Origin: Thermoproteota archaeon
Lineage (GTDB): Archaea > Korarchaeota > Korarchaeia > Korarchaeales > Korarchaeaceae
Assembly (NCBI GenBank): GCA_026986575.1
Contig: JALSOH010000006.1
Location: forward strand, 64,001 to 128,000
Length of the DNA stretch: 64,000 bases
Direction of reading: 5' to 3'
Both the position numbers and the translations under genes were made by a program. Positions 17,817 to 28,141 of this stretch are shown piece after piece (positions within the stretch are counted from its first letter, which is position 1; every line of letters starts with the position of its first letter). The notes below the pieces were generated by a model. The model saw nothing but the letters and a program-made list of their open reading frames with translations, was not told where the DNA came from and searched no databases.

Positions 17817-19088
17817 ATGGGAAAGATATCCGTGACTGCGCTGGGTGGAACCCGTGAAGTAGGCAAGAGCGCACTCTTGCTTGAGGCAGGAGGTACGAGG
17901 GTGCTGCTGGATTACGGCATGAAGCTAATACCCAAGGAGCACCCGGAGTTCCCTCCCATACCTGAGAAAGTGGATGCCGTCTTACTGACTCACGCGCACT
18001 TGGATCACTCCGGATCGCTGCCCAGGCTGGTTAGCCATGGACACGATGTACCCATCTACGGGATAGACATTACTAGGGAGTACTCCGAGCTCCTGCTTTA
18101 TGATGCCATAAAGGTGGCGAAACTGAAGGGCCATCACATAGGGTACGGACCGAAAGAGGTGAGGAGGACCCTGAACAACTTCAGGCCTGTGGAATTCAAC
18201 GTTCCCTTCAGGGTGGGCGACTTGGAGGTCACCGCCATAAATGCTGGCCACATACCCGGCAGCGCCATGTTCCACATGAAGTACGACGGGACGAGCGTCC
18301 TGTACACGGGAGACTTCAATACAGTACCTTCTAGGCTGATGCCTCCAGCTAGCATCGATGATATACCTCCAGTGGATATACTCATAACGGAATCCACCTA
18401 TGCGAGGAAAGAGCACCCGCCCAGAGCGAAGCAGGAATTTCTCCTCAAGGAGATAGTGATAGAAACCCTTAAGTCCGGCGGGACAGCCATAGTCGCTGGA
18501 TTCGCGATAGGCAGGCTTCTGGAGGTCGCCATGGCTCTGAGGGCTAGGGGGTTCAAGGGAAAGCTCTTCCTAGATGGGATGGCCCGGAAGAGTACTGAGA
18601 TAACGGAGTACTTCTCGAACAGGGTGAGGGACGCCGACGACCTGAAGCTGGCCGTGAGGACCATAACTTCCGTGAGGAACTGGCACATGAGGAAGAAGAT
18701 AACCAAGAGGCCCAATGTGGTGTTGACCACGTCAGGTATGCTCGAGGGCGGCCCAGTGCATTACTACATGAAAGAGAGGAAGGAGGACGAGAACAGCACC
18801 ATAACCCTGACAGGCTATCAGGTGGACGGAACCGAGGGAAGGAGGCTGATAGAGGAGGGCAAGATGGAGATAGAGGGAGAAGAAACGTGGGTAATGATGA
18901 AGGTGAACCAGCTCAACTTCTCTGCCCACGTCAGTAGGTCCGGTATACTCAAGCTCATCAGAGAACTGAAGCCGGAGAGCATAATGGTGGTCCACGGGGA
19001 GGAATCGGAAGAGTTCGCCAATGAGTTAGAGGATAAGATGGGGATGGCGGCCTTCTCTCCAGAGCTAGGTGAGGAGATCATATTCTAA
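17817..19088 (+). CDS. beta-CASP metallo-beta-lactamase ribonuclease (aCPSF2-like)
   Basis: LGGTREVGKS, THAHLDHSG, AGHIPGS, TGDF, ESTY, GYQ, FSAH, VHGE; no KH domains. Confidence 0.88.
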   Translation: MGKISVTALGGTREVGKSALLLEAGGTRVLLDYGMKLIPKEHPEFPPIPEKVDAVLLTHAHLDHSGSLPRLVSHGHDVPIYGIDITREYSELLLYDAIKVAKLKGHHIGYGPKEVRRTLNNFRPVEFNVPFRVGDLEVTAINAGHIPGSAMFHMKYDGTSVLYTGDFNTVPSRLMPPASIDDIPPVDILITESTYARKEHPPRAKQEFLLKEIVIETLKSGGTAIVAGFAIGRLLEVAMALRARGFKGKLFLDGMARKSTEITEYFSNRVRDADDLKLAVRTITSVRNWHMRKKITKRPNVVLTTSGMLEGGPVHYYMKERKEDENSTITLTGYQVDGTEGRRLIEEGKMEIEGEETWVMMKVNQLNFSAHVSRSGILKLIRELKPESIMVVHGEESEEFANELEDKMGMAAFSPELGEEIIF

Positions 19089-19099
19089 ATTCCTAAAAA

Positions 19100-19351
19100 T
19101 CACATCTTTATCCCCACTATCCTAACCCTAGCCTCCTTCACCCCCTCAACGCTTTCCGCCGCCTTCTTTATTGCTAACGCGAGAAGATCGGCATAAGGGC
19201 AGAAAGGAGTTGTGAGAGTAAACTCCACCGTCACCACACCACCCTTCTCCTCTACCTTCTTTATCAGGCCAGCATCCACCATGCTCACCTTGAGCTCCGG
19301 ATCCCTGACCTTCCTCAAAGCCTCCCATACCTTCCTCTCAATCTCCCTCAC
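19100..19351 (-). CDS. SufT/DUF59 metal-sulfur cluster assembly factor
   Basis: VRDPELKVSMVDAGLI, TLTTPFCPY. Confidence 0.88.
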   Translation of the reverse strand: MREIERKVWEALRKVRDPELKVSMVDAGLIKKVEEKGGVVTVEFTLTTPFCPYADLLALAIKKAAESVEGVKEARVRIVGIKM

Positions 19352-20426
19352 TCCTCCTCATCTCCCTCAGGATGAAATTGAGGGGGAAGATCTGCAGCAC
19401 CTTCCTGTCATCTGTGGGCATGACCTCCACCAGCCTCCCATTCAAACCGAGTTCCCGAACTTCCTTGGCGATCTCTTGGAAGATGTATGGATCTATGAGG
19501 AGCTTACCTCCGGAGATCGTACCCCCGTACTTGGTCGAGAGATATAGGAGAGCCTCCTCCGGACCTTCGATCTCCCCGTAGATAAGGGTGCCCTCATCAG
19601 TCGGCTCTTCGTACTCCTTTGCGACATTCTTGGCCCTTCTAGCCCACCTCATCCTCACCTGATATTCCTTCTGGAGGGCCGGGCAATAGTAACCCATGAT
19701 GCCCGTCTCCCTCTCGACGAACTCCAGCACCTCCCTTGCAGCCTCCGCACTTCCCCGAACAGCCACCTCGCTGTCCATCTTGGGCTTGAAACCCATCTTT
19801 AGCAATCTATTCCTATTCGATGGCGTGAACTCCAGCTCGTTGAGGTTTATGAAGCTGGCGCCTATCCTGTCTAGGTAGGAAGCGAGTTCCTTCAGCTTAG
19901 ATACCCAGGGCTCGCCAGGTATGGAGGGCATCTCCGCGCCCACGATGAACCCCTCGTCTAGGGCTAGTACCATCTTCTCCCAGATCCTCCTATCCCAGCT
20001 GTGAAATCTGATCTCATCCAACCCAGCATCTCTCAGAACGGACAGACTTCTCTCATCTATTCTAACGGCGTTGGTGTACATGTGCGTATGGAAAGATTCG
20101 CCGAACCTGTCCTTCAAGATCCGGACGTAGCGGGCCACTTTGTCCACTACTAGCGAGGGCTCTCCGCCAGTGATCCCCGCACCTAAGGCGGAAATGAGTT
20201 CCGCCTCCCTGATCACATCCTCATCGCTAGATACTGGGTTCTCGTCCACCAGCACTAAGTCCTTGTCGCGGCGCCATTCGGAGATCGTGCAGTATGGACA
20301 GGACTCGTAGAGGGGACACTTGCCAGTCACGAATAAGACTACCTTAGCTCCTTCCCAGCAGAGCCCGCAGCCCCTGCTCCATCCCCTGACCCTGAGTGCA
20401 CCTAAGGGAAGTTCCTCCATGGTCAT
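19338..20426 (-). CDS. Radical SAM protein (COG2108-like)
   Basis: [43 protein letters not shown]. Confidence 0.85.
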   Translation of the reverse strand: MTMEELPLGALRVRGWSRGCGLCWEGAKVVLFVTGKCPLYESCPYCTISEWRRDKDLVLVDENPVSSDEDVIREAELISALGAGITGGEPSLVVDKVARYVRILKDRFGESFHTHMYTNAVRIDERSLSVLRDAGLDEIRFHSWDRRIWEKMVLALDEGFIVGAEMPSIPGEPWVSKLKELASYLDRIGASFINLNELEFTPSNRNRLLKMGFKPKMDSEVAVRGSAEAAREVLEFVERETGIMGYYCPALQKEYQVRMRWARRAKNVAKEYEEPTDEGTLIYGEIEGPEEALLYLSTKYGGTISGGKLLIDPYIFQEIAKEVRELGLNGRLVEVMPTDDRKVLQIFPLNFILREMRRSEGD

Positions 20427-21661
20427 CCACGCCAGCTCTCTAGGTATCTCTCCTGCTCTTCCGTTAGGGTATCTATCTCTATTCCCATGGACGCCAGCTT
20501 GAGCCTGGCCACCTCCTCATCTATGCTCCTTGGAACTGGGTGCACCCCTGGCTTGAGGTTCCTCCCCTCCCTGATCAGGTATTCGACAGCTAGGGCCTGA
20601 TTGGAGAAGCTCATGTCCATGACCTCGCTTGGATGCCCCTCCGCAGCAACCAGATTCACAAGTCTGCCCTCCGCCAACAGGTAGATCCTCCTCCCATTTG
20701 GTAAGAGGTACTCCTTCACGTTGTCCCTCATCTCCCTCTTGGAGAGGGCCATTAGCTCCAAGTCCCTGACCGACACCTCCACATCGAAATGTCCTGCATT
20801 AGCCAGAATGGCTCCATCCTTCATCAAGCTTATGTGCTCCGCTTTGATCACATCTTTATTTCCTGTGGCGGTTACGAAGATGTCCCCTACCTTAGCCGCC
20901 TCCTTCATTGGCATAACTAGGTAGCCGTCCATGGCAGCCATCAGGGCCTTTATTGGATCGATCTCCGTCACTATGACCTTGGCGCCCATTCCGCGGGCCC
21001 TCATGGCTATTCCCCGACCGACATGTCCGTATCCGGCTATCACGAAGTATTTACCGGCTATCATAACATTTGTCGCCCTCAGGATGCCGTCGATCGTACT
21101 CTGGCCGGTCCCATAAACGTTATCGAAGTTCCACTTAGTCTCCGCGTTGTTAACCGCTATAACCGGGTACTTGAGCGCCCCATCCCTAGCTAGGGACTCT
21201 ATCCTAAGGACACCAGTGGTGGTCTCTTCGGTCCCGCCGATCACACCGTCAGCGAATCCCTTCTCATGGGCCATCACCGTAATGTCCCCACCATCGTCCA
21301 TCGTGATGTGAGGTTTGCAGCTCAACGCTTTCTCTATAGCCCAGAAATACTCGTCCTCGCTCATCCCCCTCCAAGCGTACACATCTATTCCCTCCTCTGA
21401 GAGGGCCGCCGCGACGTCATCCTGAGTTGAGAGGGGGTTCGATGCCGACAGGCAGACCTCCGCCCCACCCTTCTTCAGTGTCAATACTAAGACGGCCGTT
21501 TCCTTGGTAACATGGAGGCACGCAGCTATTCTGATGCCCTCTAAGGGCCTCTCCTTAGAGAATCTCTCCGATATTGTACCCAACACGGGCATATGGGCCT
21601 TGGCCCATTCTATCTTCAACGCGCCCTTCTCAGATAGGCCGTGATCCTTGACTCTAGGCAT
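20423..21661 (-). CDS. ahcY: Adenosylhomocysteinase
   Basis: [55 protein letters not shown]. Confidence 0.97.
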   Translation of the reverse strand: MPRVKDHGLSEKGALKIEWAKAHMPVLGTISERFSKERPLEGIRIAACLHVTKETAVLVLTLKKGGAEVCLSASNPLSTQDDVAAALSEEGIDVYAWRGMSEDEYFWAIEKALSCKPHITMDDGGDITVMAHEKGFADGVIGGTEETTTGVLRIESLARDGALKYPVIAVNNAETKWNFDNVYGTGQSTIDGILRATNVMIAGKYFVIAGYGHVGRGIAMRARGMGAKVIVTEIDPIKALMAAMDGYLVMPMKEAAKVGDIFVTATGNKDVIKAEHISLMKDGAILANAGHFDVEVSVRDLELMALSKREMRDNVKEYLLPNGRRIYLLAEGRLVNLVAAEGHPSEVMDMSFSNQALAVEYLIREGRNLKPGVHPVPRSIDEEVARLKLASMGIEIDTLTEEQERYLESWRG

Positions 21662-21697
21662 GGCGCATCGCTTAGCTAGTAGTTGAGGAAATAAAAA

Positions 21698-21919
21698 TCA
21701 CTCCCTCTTTGCTATCTGGACCAGCCAGTGATCCCCTCTCTTCACGACGGCCTTTAATATGTGACCAGTTCTCTTTATCCAGTCGTAAACTTCATCTACC
21801 GATTCCTTATCATCGATGAGAAAGTTTACCGTCTCACTCGGGGAGGCCTTCTTCACGGTCTTCGCTATCTGTATTATCGGATAGGGGCTCCTTTTACCCC
21901 TCAGATCGATGGTCCTCAT
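21698..21919 (-). CDS. TusA/SirA-family protein lacking the persulfide Cys
   Basis: IDLRGKRSPYP (family motif D.RG..CP.P); no Cys anywhere in the 73 aa. Confidence 0.8.
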   Translation of the reverse strand: MRTIDLRGKRSPYPIIQIAKTVKKASPSETVNFLIDDKESVDEVYDWIKRTGHILKAVVKRGDHWLVQIAKRE

Positions 21920-22446
21920 ATTCTCACAACCCTCTTCCCCAGCACCTCCTCAACGAGGGCCTCCTCCACTTCCTCATCTAACATCTTGTACATCAGGTAG
22001 GCATCCTCCCCATCAGCATAGTAGGCTGGAATTATCCCGAGCTTCTTGTAGCCCAGATCATCGTACAGTTTTATCGCGGGCTCGTTGGAGACCCTTACCT
22101 CGAGGTAAACCGCGTCAGCTCCATACCCCTTCAGACCTTTCTCTGCTCTCTCCATTAGTGCCTTGCCTATACCCTTCCTCCTGTGCTTCTTGCTCACAGC
22201 TATGGAGAGGACGTGGCCAAGCAGGATAGTCTGATCCCTAGCGTAATAGCTTTCTACCCTGCACATCACGTATCCAACGACATTACCGTCGTTGTCTTCC
22301 GCCACTAAAAAGCTGTTTGGGAACCTCCTGTAGTTCTCTATGAAGAAGTAACTAGGGTAGTTCTCGGGCAGGAAGACCCTGTTGATGCGCTCAACCTCCT
22401 CTAAGTCCTCGGGCTTGAAGGGTCTTATCCTGTAGCCTTGGAGCAT
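21916..22446 (-). CDS. ard1: N-terminal acetyltransferase Ard1/RimI (GNAT)
   Basis: LPENYP, GYVMCRVE, GHVLSIAV, RRKGIG, LEVRVSN, YYADGEDAY. Confidence 0.88.
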   Translation of the reverse strand: MLQGYRIRPFKPEDLEEVERINRVFLPENYPSYFFIENYRRFPNSFLVAEDNDGNVVGYVMCRVESYYARDQTILLGHVLSIAVSKKHRRKGIGKALMERAEKGLKGYGADAVYLEVRVSNEPAIKLYDDLGYKKLGIIPAYYADGEDAYLMYKMLDEEVEEALVEEVLGKRVVRI

Positions 22447-22500
22447 CACATGGAATTTCAACGGGATCATATATTTTAAACGAATGGTGCAGGATCTCCT

Positions 22501-23571
22501 ATGTCGAAAATACCACCCTCAGTGGAGGATGTAGTGACCGAGAGTTTCGAAGTGAAAGATGTGGTCTACTACGAGGATAAGGTGGAGTTCTCACTGCAGG
22601 AGATAAGCCCCGTCGAGACCGGCCCCCTTTTCAAAGGTCTGTATATGAAGTTGACCGGAATGGGCCTTCTTCCCAAGCTATTTCACGATGGGGAGGATCT
22701 CAAGTTGCTCATATTCTCCATGCCCGGAAGACTGGGTGTCAGTGATAAGCTGAGGTACGCTCTCTCCGCGGTTACCGCAGCTACCGTCCTGTTCTCTGCT
22801 TGGATTATCTCGAATGGAACCGCTTCCCTCCTGGGAGAATTAGGGATGCAAGTAGATGTACTCGGCCCTACAATCCTCCACTCGCTCGGGATACTGGCCT
22901 TCCTGCTGGTGCATGAGCTGGGCCACTCGCTCAGGTGGGAGGGCAGGTACAAGGTGGACCTGATGATCCCAGCGCCTCCCCCTCCCTTCGGATTCGGTAC
23001 CTTGGGCGACCTACTCGTGAGGGACAGGCCCTTCATCAACAGGGAGGAGCAGCTGGATGTTGCGCTTTATGGTTTACTGGCGGGCCTCTCGGCTGGTTTA
23101 ATAATCTCCCTCTTGGGGCTCCTCCAATCGGTTCCCATCCCATCGGATGTAGCTTCAACTTGGATAGAGGAGGGGAAGGCCGGGATGCTACCGACTCCCC
23201 TCATATTCCTGCTGATGGAGATCGCCCTCTCTCCTAGCGGCGGGAACATGTTTCTGCTGTCGCCCCTGGCGCTCGCTGGTTTGGGTGCCCTGCTGATATC
23301 CTTCTTCCTGTCAATGCCCGTCCTTCCATGGGACGGAGGTCATGTGGCCAGTTCACTCGCCGGAGGCAGGGTGAGATGGCTCGAGTGGATAGCGGTCTTG
23401 GGAATGATATTCATCAACCCACTACTGGGCGCCCTAATGTTGGTAGCTAAGTTGATACCAGCCTATCCTGCGGTATTGGATGAGTATAGTGAGGTACCAC
23501 AGAGGAAGAAGAGGAGAGGATTATTCCTTTACCTGCTAATATTAATGATCTCAGTGCCCGTCCTCCAATAA
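22501..23571 (+). CDS. Site-2 protease (M50) membrane metalloprotease
   Basis: HELGH, FGTLG, MPVLPWDGGH, multiple TM helices. Confidence 0.85.
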   Translation: MSKIPPSVEDVVTESFEVKDVVYYEDKVEFSLQEISPVETGPLFKGLYMKLTGMGLLPKLFHDGEDLKLLIFSMPGRLGVSDKLRYALSAVTAATVLFSAWIISNGTASLLGELGMQVDVLGPTILHSLGILAFLLVHELGHSLRWEGRYKVDLMIPAPPPPFGFGTLGDLLVRDRPFINREEQLDVALYGLLAGLSAGLIISLLGLLQSVPIPSDVASTWIEEGKAGMLPTPLIFLLMEIALSPSGGNMFLLSPLALAGLGALLISFFLSMPVLPWDGGHVASSLAGGRVRWLEWIAVLGMIFINPLLGALMLVAKLIPAYPAVLDEYSEVPQRKKRRGLFLYLLILMISVPVLQ

Positions 23572-23603
23572 ATTAAAAACTAACTTTCCACAGGCAGAGT
23601 TGG

Positions 23604-24419
23604 ATGGACCACGAAGATTACGATGAGAAGCTAGCTGAGAAGGAAGAGCTAGAGGAGAGGATAACCGAGCTCAGGGATCTAGTCACCAAATTGAGTGCCG
23701 AGACCGAGAAGCTAAATACGAGACATGAGACCCTCCTAAAGGGTATAGAGGACCTCCAGAGAAGGAAACTATCATTGGAGGACGAGATAACAAGGAGAAG
23801 GGCTGAGCTGAGCCATCTAGAGTCTCAGATAGAGGAGTTGGAGAGGGACTTGGATGTTCTCAAGGAGGGGAGGGAGAGGCTCAGGGCCGAGTACAACTCC
23901 TTGGAGTCAAGAAAATCAGTGCTGGAATCGGAGGTCTCTTCGCTTGGGGCTAAAATAGAATCCATGAGGAGAGAGGAATCCTCCCTGAAGGAGAGGATAG
24001 AGGGGCTAAGAAACCAAGTGAGGAAGCTTGAGAGTCAGAAGACTGTCCTGATGGGAGAGATAGAGGAACTCAGAAACATAAGGAACGACCTAGCCGAGGA
24101 TATCAGGAAGATGGCTGAGCATGTCAAGGAAGCCGCCCTAAACCTTACATCAGGCAGTGGACCACTGATAGAGGAGCTCAGGAAGATGTCCGACACGCTC
24201 AGGGACTGCAAATTCGGGCTGAGTGGTCTGTCAGAGGAGTTGAGGGACCTCTCGTCCTTCCTATCCAATCTCGAGTCTAGGCAGAGGTTATTAGAAACTC
24301 TGGATAGGGAAATCGAGGCGAGAAGAGCTAGGATAGACCTACTAAGGGCGGAAGAGGAGAGGTTGAGGAGATCCATATCCCAACTGGGCGGGCACAGATC
24401 CGAGCCCCAGGAGGGATAA
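23604..24419 (+). CDS. Long coiled-coil protein of unknown function
   Basis: heptad L/I-E/K pattern over about 260 aa; no globular domain seen. Confidence 0.65.
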   Translation: MDHEDYDEKLAEKEELEERITELRDLVTKLSAETEKLNTRHETLLKGIEDLQRRKLSLEDEITRRRAELSHLESQIEELERDLDVLKEGRERLRAEYNSLESRKSVLESEVSSLGAKIESMRREESSLKERIEGLRNQVRKLESQKTVLMGEIEELRNIRNDLAEDIRKMAEHVKEAALNLTSGSGPLIEELRKMSDTLRDCKFGLSGLSEELRDLSSFLSNLESRQRLLETLDREIEARRARIDLLRAEEERLRRSISQLGGHRSEPQEG

Positions 24420-24458
24420 GTTAAAAATGGGGCATCCGACTAACACGGGGTATCTGCT

Positions 24459-24716
24459 ATGAGCGCGGAGAAGGCAGAGAAGATAATCAGGGAAATAGAG
24501 GTTAAACCCTCCGTCCTAGAGCAGATCAAGAAGGAGGTCCAGAGATCCAAGGTGGTCACGCCTCAATCCCTCGCCCTGAAGTATAACATCCGGGTGAGTG
24601 TCGCTAGGAGGCTACTGCGCGAGTTCGAGAAGGAGGGGCTCGTAATGTATGTTGATGGCAATTCGAAGATAAGGATTTATAGGGGAACCAAGGCTAAGGC
24701 CCCGAAGGAGGGGTGA
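24459..24716 (+). CDS. rps25e: 30S ribosomal protein S25e
   Basis: KVVTPQSLALKYNIRVSVARRLLREFEKEGLV..IY winged helix. Confidence 0.88.
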   Translation: MSAEKAEKIIREIEVKPSVLEQIKKEVQRSKVVTPQSLALKYNIRVSVARRLLREFEKEGLVMYVDGNSKIRIYRGTKAKAPKEG

Positions 24717-24733
24717 GCTCTTAACCCTTCTTT

Positions 24734-25153
24734 GTGAATTTTCCCTCCTCGGGGGTGAAACCATATTTGAGGAATAGATCGGAAGGGGTAGAGAAGTATC
24801 TTATATACATCAGATCTGGCGGCTTACTAAAAGAAGTTTCCATAGAATTCCTGAGGCACCTCTCCCCTATAACGATAGAGAGACTCTACAGGAGCCTCCC
24901 ACTGCAGGGCATGGTGGTGAGGGACAACAACCTGATATACATCTCAGCCCCCATAGATACGAGGCTGGAGAAACCGAGGAACCGATTGAGGAAAGGGCAT
25001 GTAGCCTATTCTCCCTCTAAGAAGATGATAGTGATAGCATTGGAGGATGTTAGGCTCAATGAAAACGTTAACTCGCTCGGTAGAGTAGTCGAGGGGCTGG
25101 AAGAGCTTGAAAAACTGAGAACTGGCCATATGGTGAGGTTGGAGAGGGAATGA
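24734..25153 (+). CDS. Cyclophilin-like fold protein (DUF369/TM1367 type)
   Basis: LSPITIERLYRSLP, EKPR..KGHVAYSP, VNSLGRVVEGLEEL. Confidence 0.7.
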   Translation: MNFPSSGVKPYLRNRSEGVEKYLIYIRSGGLLKEVSIEFLRHLSPITIERLYRSLPLQGMVVRDNNLIYISAPIDTRLEKPRNRLRKGHVAYSPSKKMIVIALEDVRLNENVNSLGRVVEGLEELEKLRTGHMVRLERE

Positions 25154-25803
25154 TCTCCTTTCTCTGGAAGGGATGCTCGGCGATTCTGCTCAGGGTGCAG
25201 GATCTCAACCTGCTGATGGATCCAGGCAATCACTTCACCATAGATGAGCTACACAGCATCACTGAGCGGGTAGATGCCGTATTCTATACCCACGAGCACA
25301 CCGGGCACTTCGATCCGGATTTCCTCAGCTCCTTGATAAAAGGATTTTCCCCGTACATGATCGTGAATAAGGGGGTCTTCAGGACCATAAGGAGGTGGGT
25401 GGACTGGGATCGTCTGATCAAGCTGAAGGAAGGAGAGAGTACCGAGGTTCTAGGGATGAGGGTTCACGCGCTCAGGGCCGTTCATCCCGGTGTTCATCCC
25501 GTGGTGTTCCTGCTGGAGATCGGAGGTAAAGCAATATTTCACGGCGATAGCTCGGGATTCTCCCACATGTTCGAGGCCTTCTCCCCTGTTGATCTAGCCT
25601 TCATACCCTCGGGGAGTCCCTCGCCCAATGCCAATCCGAAGGAGGCGGTGAGGATGATCAGGGCTCTAGTGCCCAGAGTAGTAGTACCCTTCCACGGGGA
25701 CTCCTCGGAACTCCAAGAGGTGGAGAGGAGGGTGAGGTTGGCGAACCTCAACACTAAAGTGGTCTTGCCCGAGCCCGGCGAGCTGATCACTCTCGAGATT
25801 TGA
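25150..25803 (+). CDS. MBL-fold metallo-hydrolase
   Basis: THEHTGHFD, FHGDS, VPFHG. Confidence 0.8.
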   Translation: MISFLWKGCSAILLRVQDLNLLMDPGNHFTIDELHSITERVDAVFYTHEHTGHFDPDFLSSLIKGFSPYMIVNKGVFRTIRRWVDWDRLIKLKEGESTEVLGMRVHALRAVHPGVHPVVFLLEIGGKAIFHGDSSGFSHMFEAFSPVDLAFIPSGSPSPNANPKEAVRMIRALVPRVVVPFHGDSSELQEVERRVRLANLNTKVVLPEPGELITLEI

Positions 25804-26758
25804 AGTGTTCCCATCCCCCTTCCTCAACTTCCTCTATCTTACCATCCAGTTTCACGAAGACCCCTCTACCCTCCACCACTTTACCGATCCTGATTAGGGA
25901 GAGGCCCTTCTCGGAGAATTCCTTCTCTAGATAGTAGACCCTATCTTGAGGAACGGAGAACACTATCTCATACTCCTCTCCTCCATGAAAAGCTACCTCC
26001 ACTGGATCGATCCTTCCCTTAGAAGCAAGCAACTCCGCCATTGGGTGGAGAGGGATCCTCTCAACTAGGAATCCAAACCCACTCGCTCTAGAGAGTTCCT
26101 CGAGCGACCAATAGAGCCCGTCACTGCTATCAACCGATGATGAGGCATAAGCTGATGCAGTGATGCCTTCTTGGATTCGAGCTATCGGTTCGTAAGCCGC
26201 CTTCAAGGCTTCGACCCTCACATCGCTTGGAAGATCCATGTCCCCGAGGAGGTGCTGGAAGGCCAGCCATGTGAGCCCGAACCAACCCGTGGTGAACAGC
26301 ACATCCCCCGGCTTTGCTCCAGATCTCTTTACCAAGTTCCTCTCGATTTTACCCACTGCGAAGCCTGCAATCACGAGCTCTCTCGATTCTCCAAGATCCC
26401 CACCGACGAAATAAGCGCCGAATTCCCTCGATCCCTCCTCCAATCCCTCCACTAGGGAGATAAACTCTTCGTCACTCATACTCCTGCTTAGCCCAGCAGA
26501 GGCCATGAAGAAGAGAGGTTTAGCTCCCTTAGCAGCCAGATCGGAGAAGTTGGAGACCACGCACTTCCTAGCCAGCTGCCTGAGGCTCATCCCCGGTAAT
26601 AGATCGGTCGTCTCCGCCACCATGTCGGTGTTAAACACATAGATCCCGTCGGCCAGCCTCCTAGCTGAAGCATCATCTCTGCCGGGTTCTAGAAGCTCCT
26701 CAGGATCTCTGCTGACGATCTCTCTAATCAGATCGATGAGTTCCCTCTCCGGTCTCAC
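25787..26758 (-). CDS. thiL: Thiamine-monophosphate kinase
   Basis: GRDDA, NTDM, NFSDLAAKGA, GGDL, RSGAKPGD, DSSDGL, GGEEYE; probable GTG start at 26758. Confidence 0.92.
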   Translation of the reverse strand: MRPERELIDLIREIVSRDPEELLEPGRDDASARRLADGIYVFNTDMVAETTDLLPGMSLRQLARKCVVSNFSDLAAKGAKPLFFMASAGLSRSMSDEEFISLVEGLEEGSREFGAYFVGGDLGESRELVIAGFAVGKIERNLVKRSGAKPGDVLFTTGWFGLTWLAFQHLLGDMDLPSDVRVEALKAAYEPIARIQEGITASAYASSSVDSSDGLYWSLEELSRASGFGFLVERIPLHPMAELLASKGRIDPVEVAFHGGEEYEIVFSVPQDRVYYLEKEFSEKGLSLIRIGKVVEGRGVFVKLDGKIEEVEEGGWEHFKSRE

Positions 26759-26818
26759 GATACGAAGGCCCCAGCTAAATGTTAAATCTCTTTCCCAATG
26801 AGGAGGCTCGGTGATCGC

Positions 26819-28141
26819 ATGGTTAGGAAGGTCGTCATAATGGGGGCCGCAGGCCGCGATTTCCACAACTTCAACGTCTTCTTCCGGGACAATGAGGATT
26901 ACCGGGTGGTCGCCTTCACGGCGGCCCAACTACCCGATATAGCAGGTAGGATATACCCGCCCGAGCTAGCGGGTAGGCTTTACCCGGAAGGTATACCCAT
27001 AGTGCCGGAGGAGGACCTGCCCAAGCTGATAAGGGAGCAGGGAGTTGATCTAGTCGTCTTCTCCTACAGCGATGTCTCTCACCAGTACCTGATGGAAAGG
27101 GCCGCGGTAGCCCAAGCCAATGGCGCCGATTTCATGCTGTTAGGCCTCAAGAGCACCATGCTTGAGTCGGAGAAGCCCGTCATCGCTGTTACAGCCGTCA
27201 GAACGGGAGCCGGGAAGAGCCCAACCAGCCGGAGGATATCCAAGATACTGAAACAGAGGGGACTCAGGGTAGCGGTAGTCAGACATCCCATGCCCTACGG
27301 GGACCTGAGGAAGCAGGTGGTCCAGAAGTTCACCTCCTTGGAGGACCTAGACAGGTATAACGCCACTATCGAGGAGAGAGAGGACTACGAACCTCATCTG
27401 AAGCTGGGCAACGTGGTTCTGGCTGGAGTGGACTACGAAAAAGTGCTGAAAGAGGCGGAGAAGGAGGGAGATGTAATCCTGTGGGACGGTGGAAACAATG
27501 ACTTCCCGTTCTTCAAGCCGGACTTGATGATCACGGTAGCAGATCCCCTCAGAGCGGGACATGAGCTCACGTACTGGCCTGGCAGCGTGAACATCAGAAT
27601 GGCGGATGTGATTATAGTAAACAAGGTAGATACGGCAAGCTACACTCAAGTGAACGAAGTTCTCGAGAACATAGAGAGGGTCAACCCCAAGGCTAGGGTG
27701 ATCACCGCCGCCATGCCCTACATGGTCGAGGAGCCCGAGCTGGTGGAGGGCCGGAGGGTAGTGGTGGTGGAGGATGGCCCAACGGTCACACACGGCGAGA
27801 TGGGCTACGGTGCCGGATACCTAATGGCTAAGAGGCTTCATGCCGAGATAATCGATCCCAGACCATACGCAGTCGGATCCATAAAGGAGGCATACGAGAA
27901 GTACCCTCATCTGGGGCCTGTGCTACCGGCAATGGGATACAGTGAGAGGCAGATGCGTGAGCTGGAGAAGACGATAAACGCAATACCTGCAGAAGCGGTC
28001 GTCCTAGGAACGCCAACTGACTTGAGCAGGTATCTGAAGATAGACAAGCCAACGGCCCACGTGAAGTACGAGCTACAGGAGATAGGGCCGCTAACCTTGG
28101 AGAAAATAATCGACGACTTCCTGAAGAGGGTGGGACTTTGA
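26819..28141 (+). CDS. COG2403 P-loop ligase (cDPG synthetase-like; probably arginine synthetase ArcE type)
   Basis: MGAAGRDFHNFN, AVRTGAGKS, RHPMPYG, TIEEREDYE, WDGGNNDFPF, EDGPTVTHG, PAMGY. Confidence 0.8.
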   Translation: MVRKVVIMGAAGRDFHNFNVFFRDNEDYRVVAFTAAQLPDIAGRIYPPELAGRLYPEGIPIVPEEDLPKLIREQGVDLVVFSYSDVSHQYLMERAAVAQANGADFMLLGLKSTMLESEKPVIAVTAVRTGAGKSPTSRRISKILKQRGLRVAVVRHPMPYGDLRKQVVQKFTSLEDLDRYNATIEEREDYEPHLKLGNVVLAGVDYEKVLKEAEKEGDVILWDGGNNDFPFFKPDLMITVADPLRAGHELTYWPGSVNIRMADVIIVNKVDTASYTQVNEVLENIERVNPKARVITAAMPYMVEEPELVEGRRVVVVEDGPTVTHGEMGYGAGYLMAKRLHAEIIDPRPYAVGSIKEAYEKYPHLGPVLPAMGYSERQMRELEKTINAIPAEAVVLGTPTDLSRYLKIDKPTAHVKYELQEIGPLTLEKIIDDFLKRVGL

